Assembly: GCA_031409655.1 (NCBI GenBank)
Contig: JANNXQ010000301.1
Location: 1-59,242 of the forward strand
Direction of reading: 5' to 3'
Length of the DNA: 59,242 nucleotides
Origin: Chthoniobacteraceae bacterium
GTDB taxonomy: Bacteria > Verrucomicrobiota > Verrucomicrobiia > Chthoniobacterales > Chthoniobacteraceae
Under the pieces are notes generated by a model. It was not told where the DNA came from. It did not search any database and saw nothing but the letters and a program-made list of their open reading frames with translations. The translations under genes were made by a program, and so were the position numbers. Below are positions 59,105 to 59,242 of the stretch, piece after piece. Numbering within the stretch: the first letter of the stretch is position 1; each line of letters begins with the position of its first letter.

Positions 59105-59242
59105 ATGGCGAAGTACAAACTGGAATACATCTGGCTCGACGGATACGAGCCCGTCGCGAACCTCCGCGGCAAAACCCTGGTCAAGGATTTCGAGAGCTTT
59201 CCGAAGCTCGGAGAACTTCCCGATTGGGGATTTGACGGCAGT
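59105..59242 (+). CDS. glnII: Glutamine synthetase type II, 5' part
   Basis: MAKYKLEYIWLDGYEPVANLRGKT...LPDWGFDGS. Confidence 0.88.
   Translation, partial: MAKYKLEYIWLDGYEPVANLRGKTLVKDFESFPKLGELPDWGFDGS

Noticed and set aside
1..59242. tRNA, rRNA, integrase or prophage genes
   Set aside because: None recognised by eye; tRNAscan-SE and Infernal/Rfam scans would be needed to exclude small RNAs.

Overview
GC-rich bacterial chromosome segment. PEP-CTERM proteins, GloVer/delta-60 repeat proteins, DUF1080, DUF4838 and a kinase-linked ECF sigma factor suggest Verrucomicrobia (PVC); this is inference from gene content. Layout from left to right: (1) lipoprotein hydrolase cluster ending in a chimeric barrel remnant (1-3.1 kb); (2) a small island with an STGP-motif protein, a KTSC protein, an orphan gene and a type IIG restriction-modification enzyme (3.1-8.9 kb); (3) amidohydrolase, PEP-CTERM gene and a MITE-like palindrome; (4) a decaying hydrolase region with internal deletions and several Trp-to-stop changes (11.7-22.5 kb); (5) a lower-GC cassette with a FadL-like barrel, a membrane adenylate cyclase, a PaaK-like CoA ligase and a FeeM-like N-acyltransferase, a candidate signal-synthesis and sensing circuit (24-30 kb); (6) two PilT-family genes separated by about 14 kb of opposite-strand cargo: Ser/Thr kinase, ECF sigma, a divergent 21-nt periodic array before a helical-FN3 gene, a small collagen-like gene, a 2.5-kaa four-propeller surface protein and a PEP-CTERM protein; (7) pseudo-HisKA regulator, Nudix hydrolase, mini-kinase with PP2C phosphatase, an NsrA/CyaK-like receptor-cyclase pair, two paralogous small secreted proteins and the start of a type II glutamine synthetase behind tandem sigma54 motifs. 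No rRNA, tRNA, CRISPR array, integrase or reverse transcriptase was recognised. All family calls come from motif recognition by eye, not from database searches.
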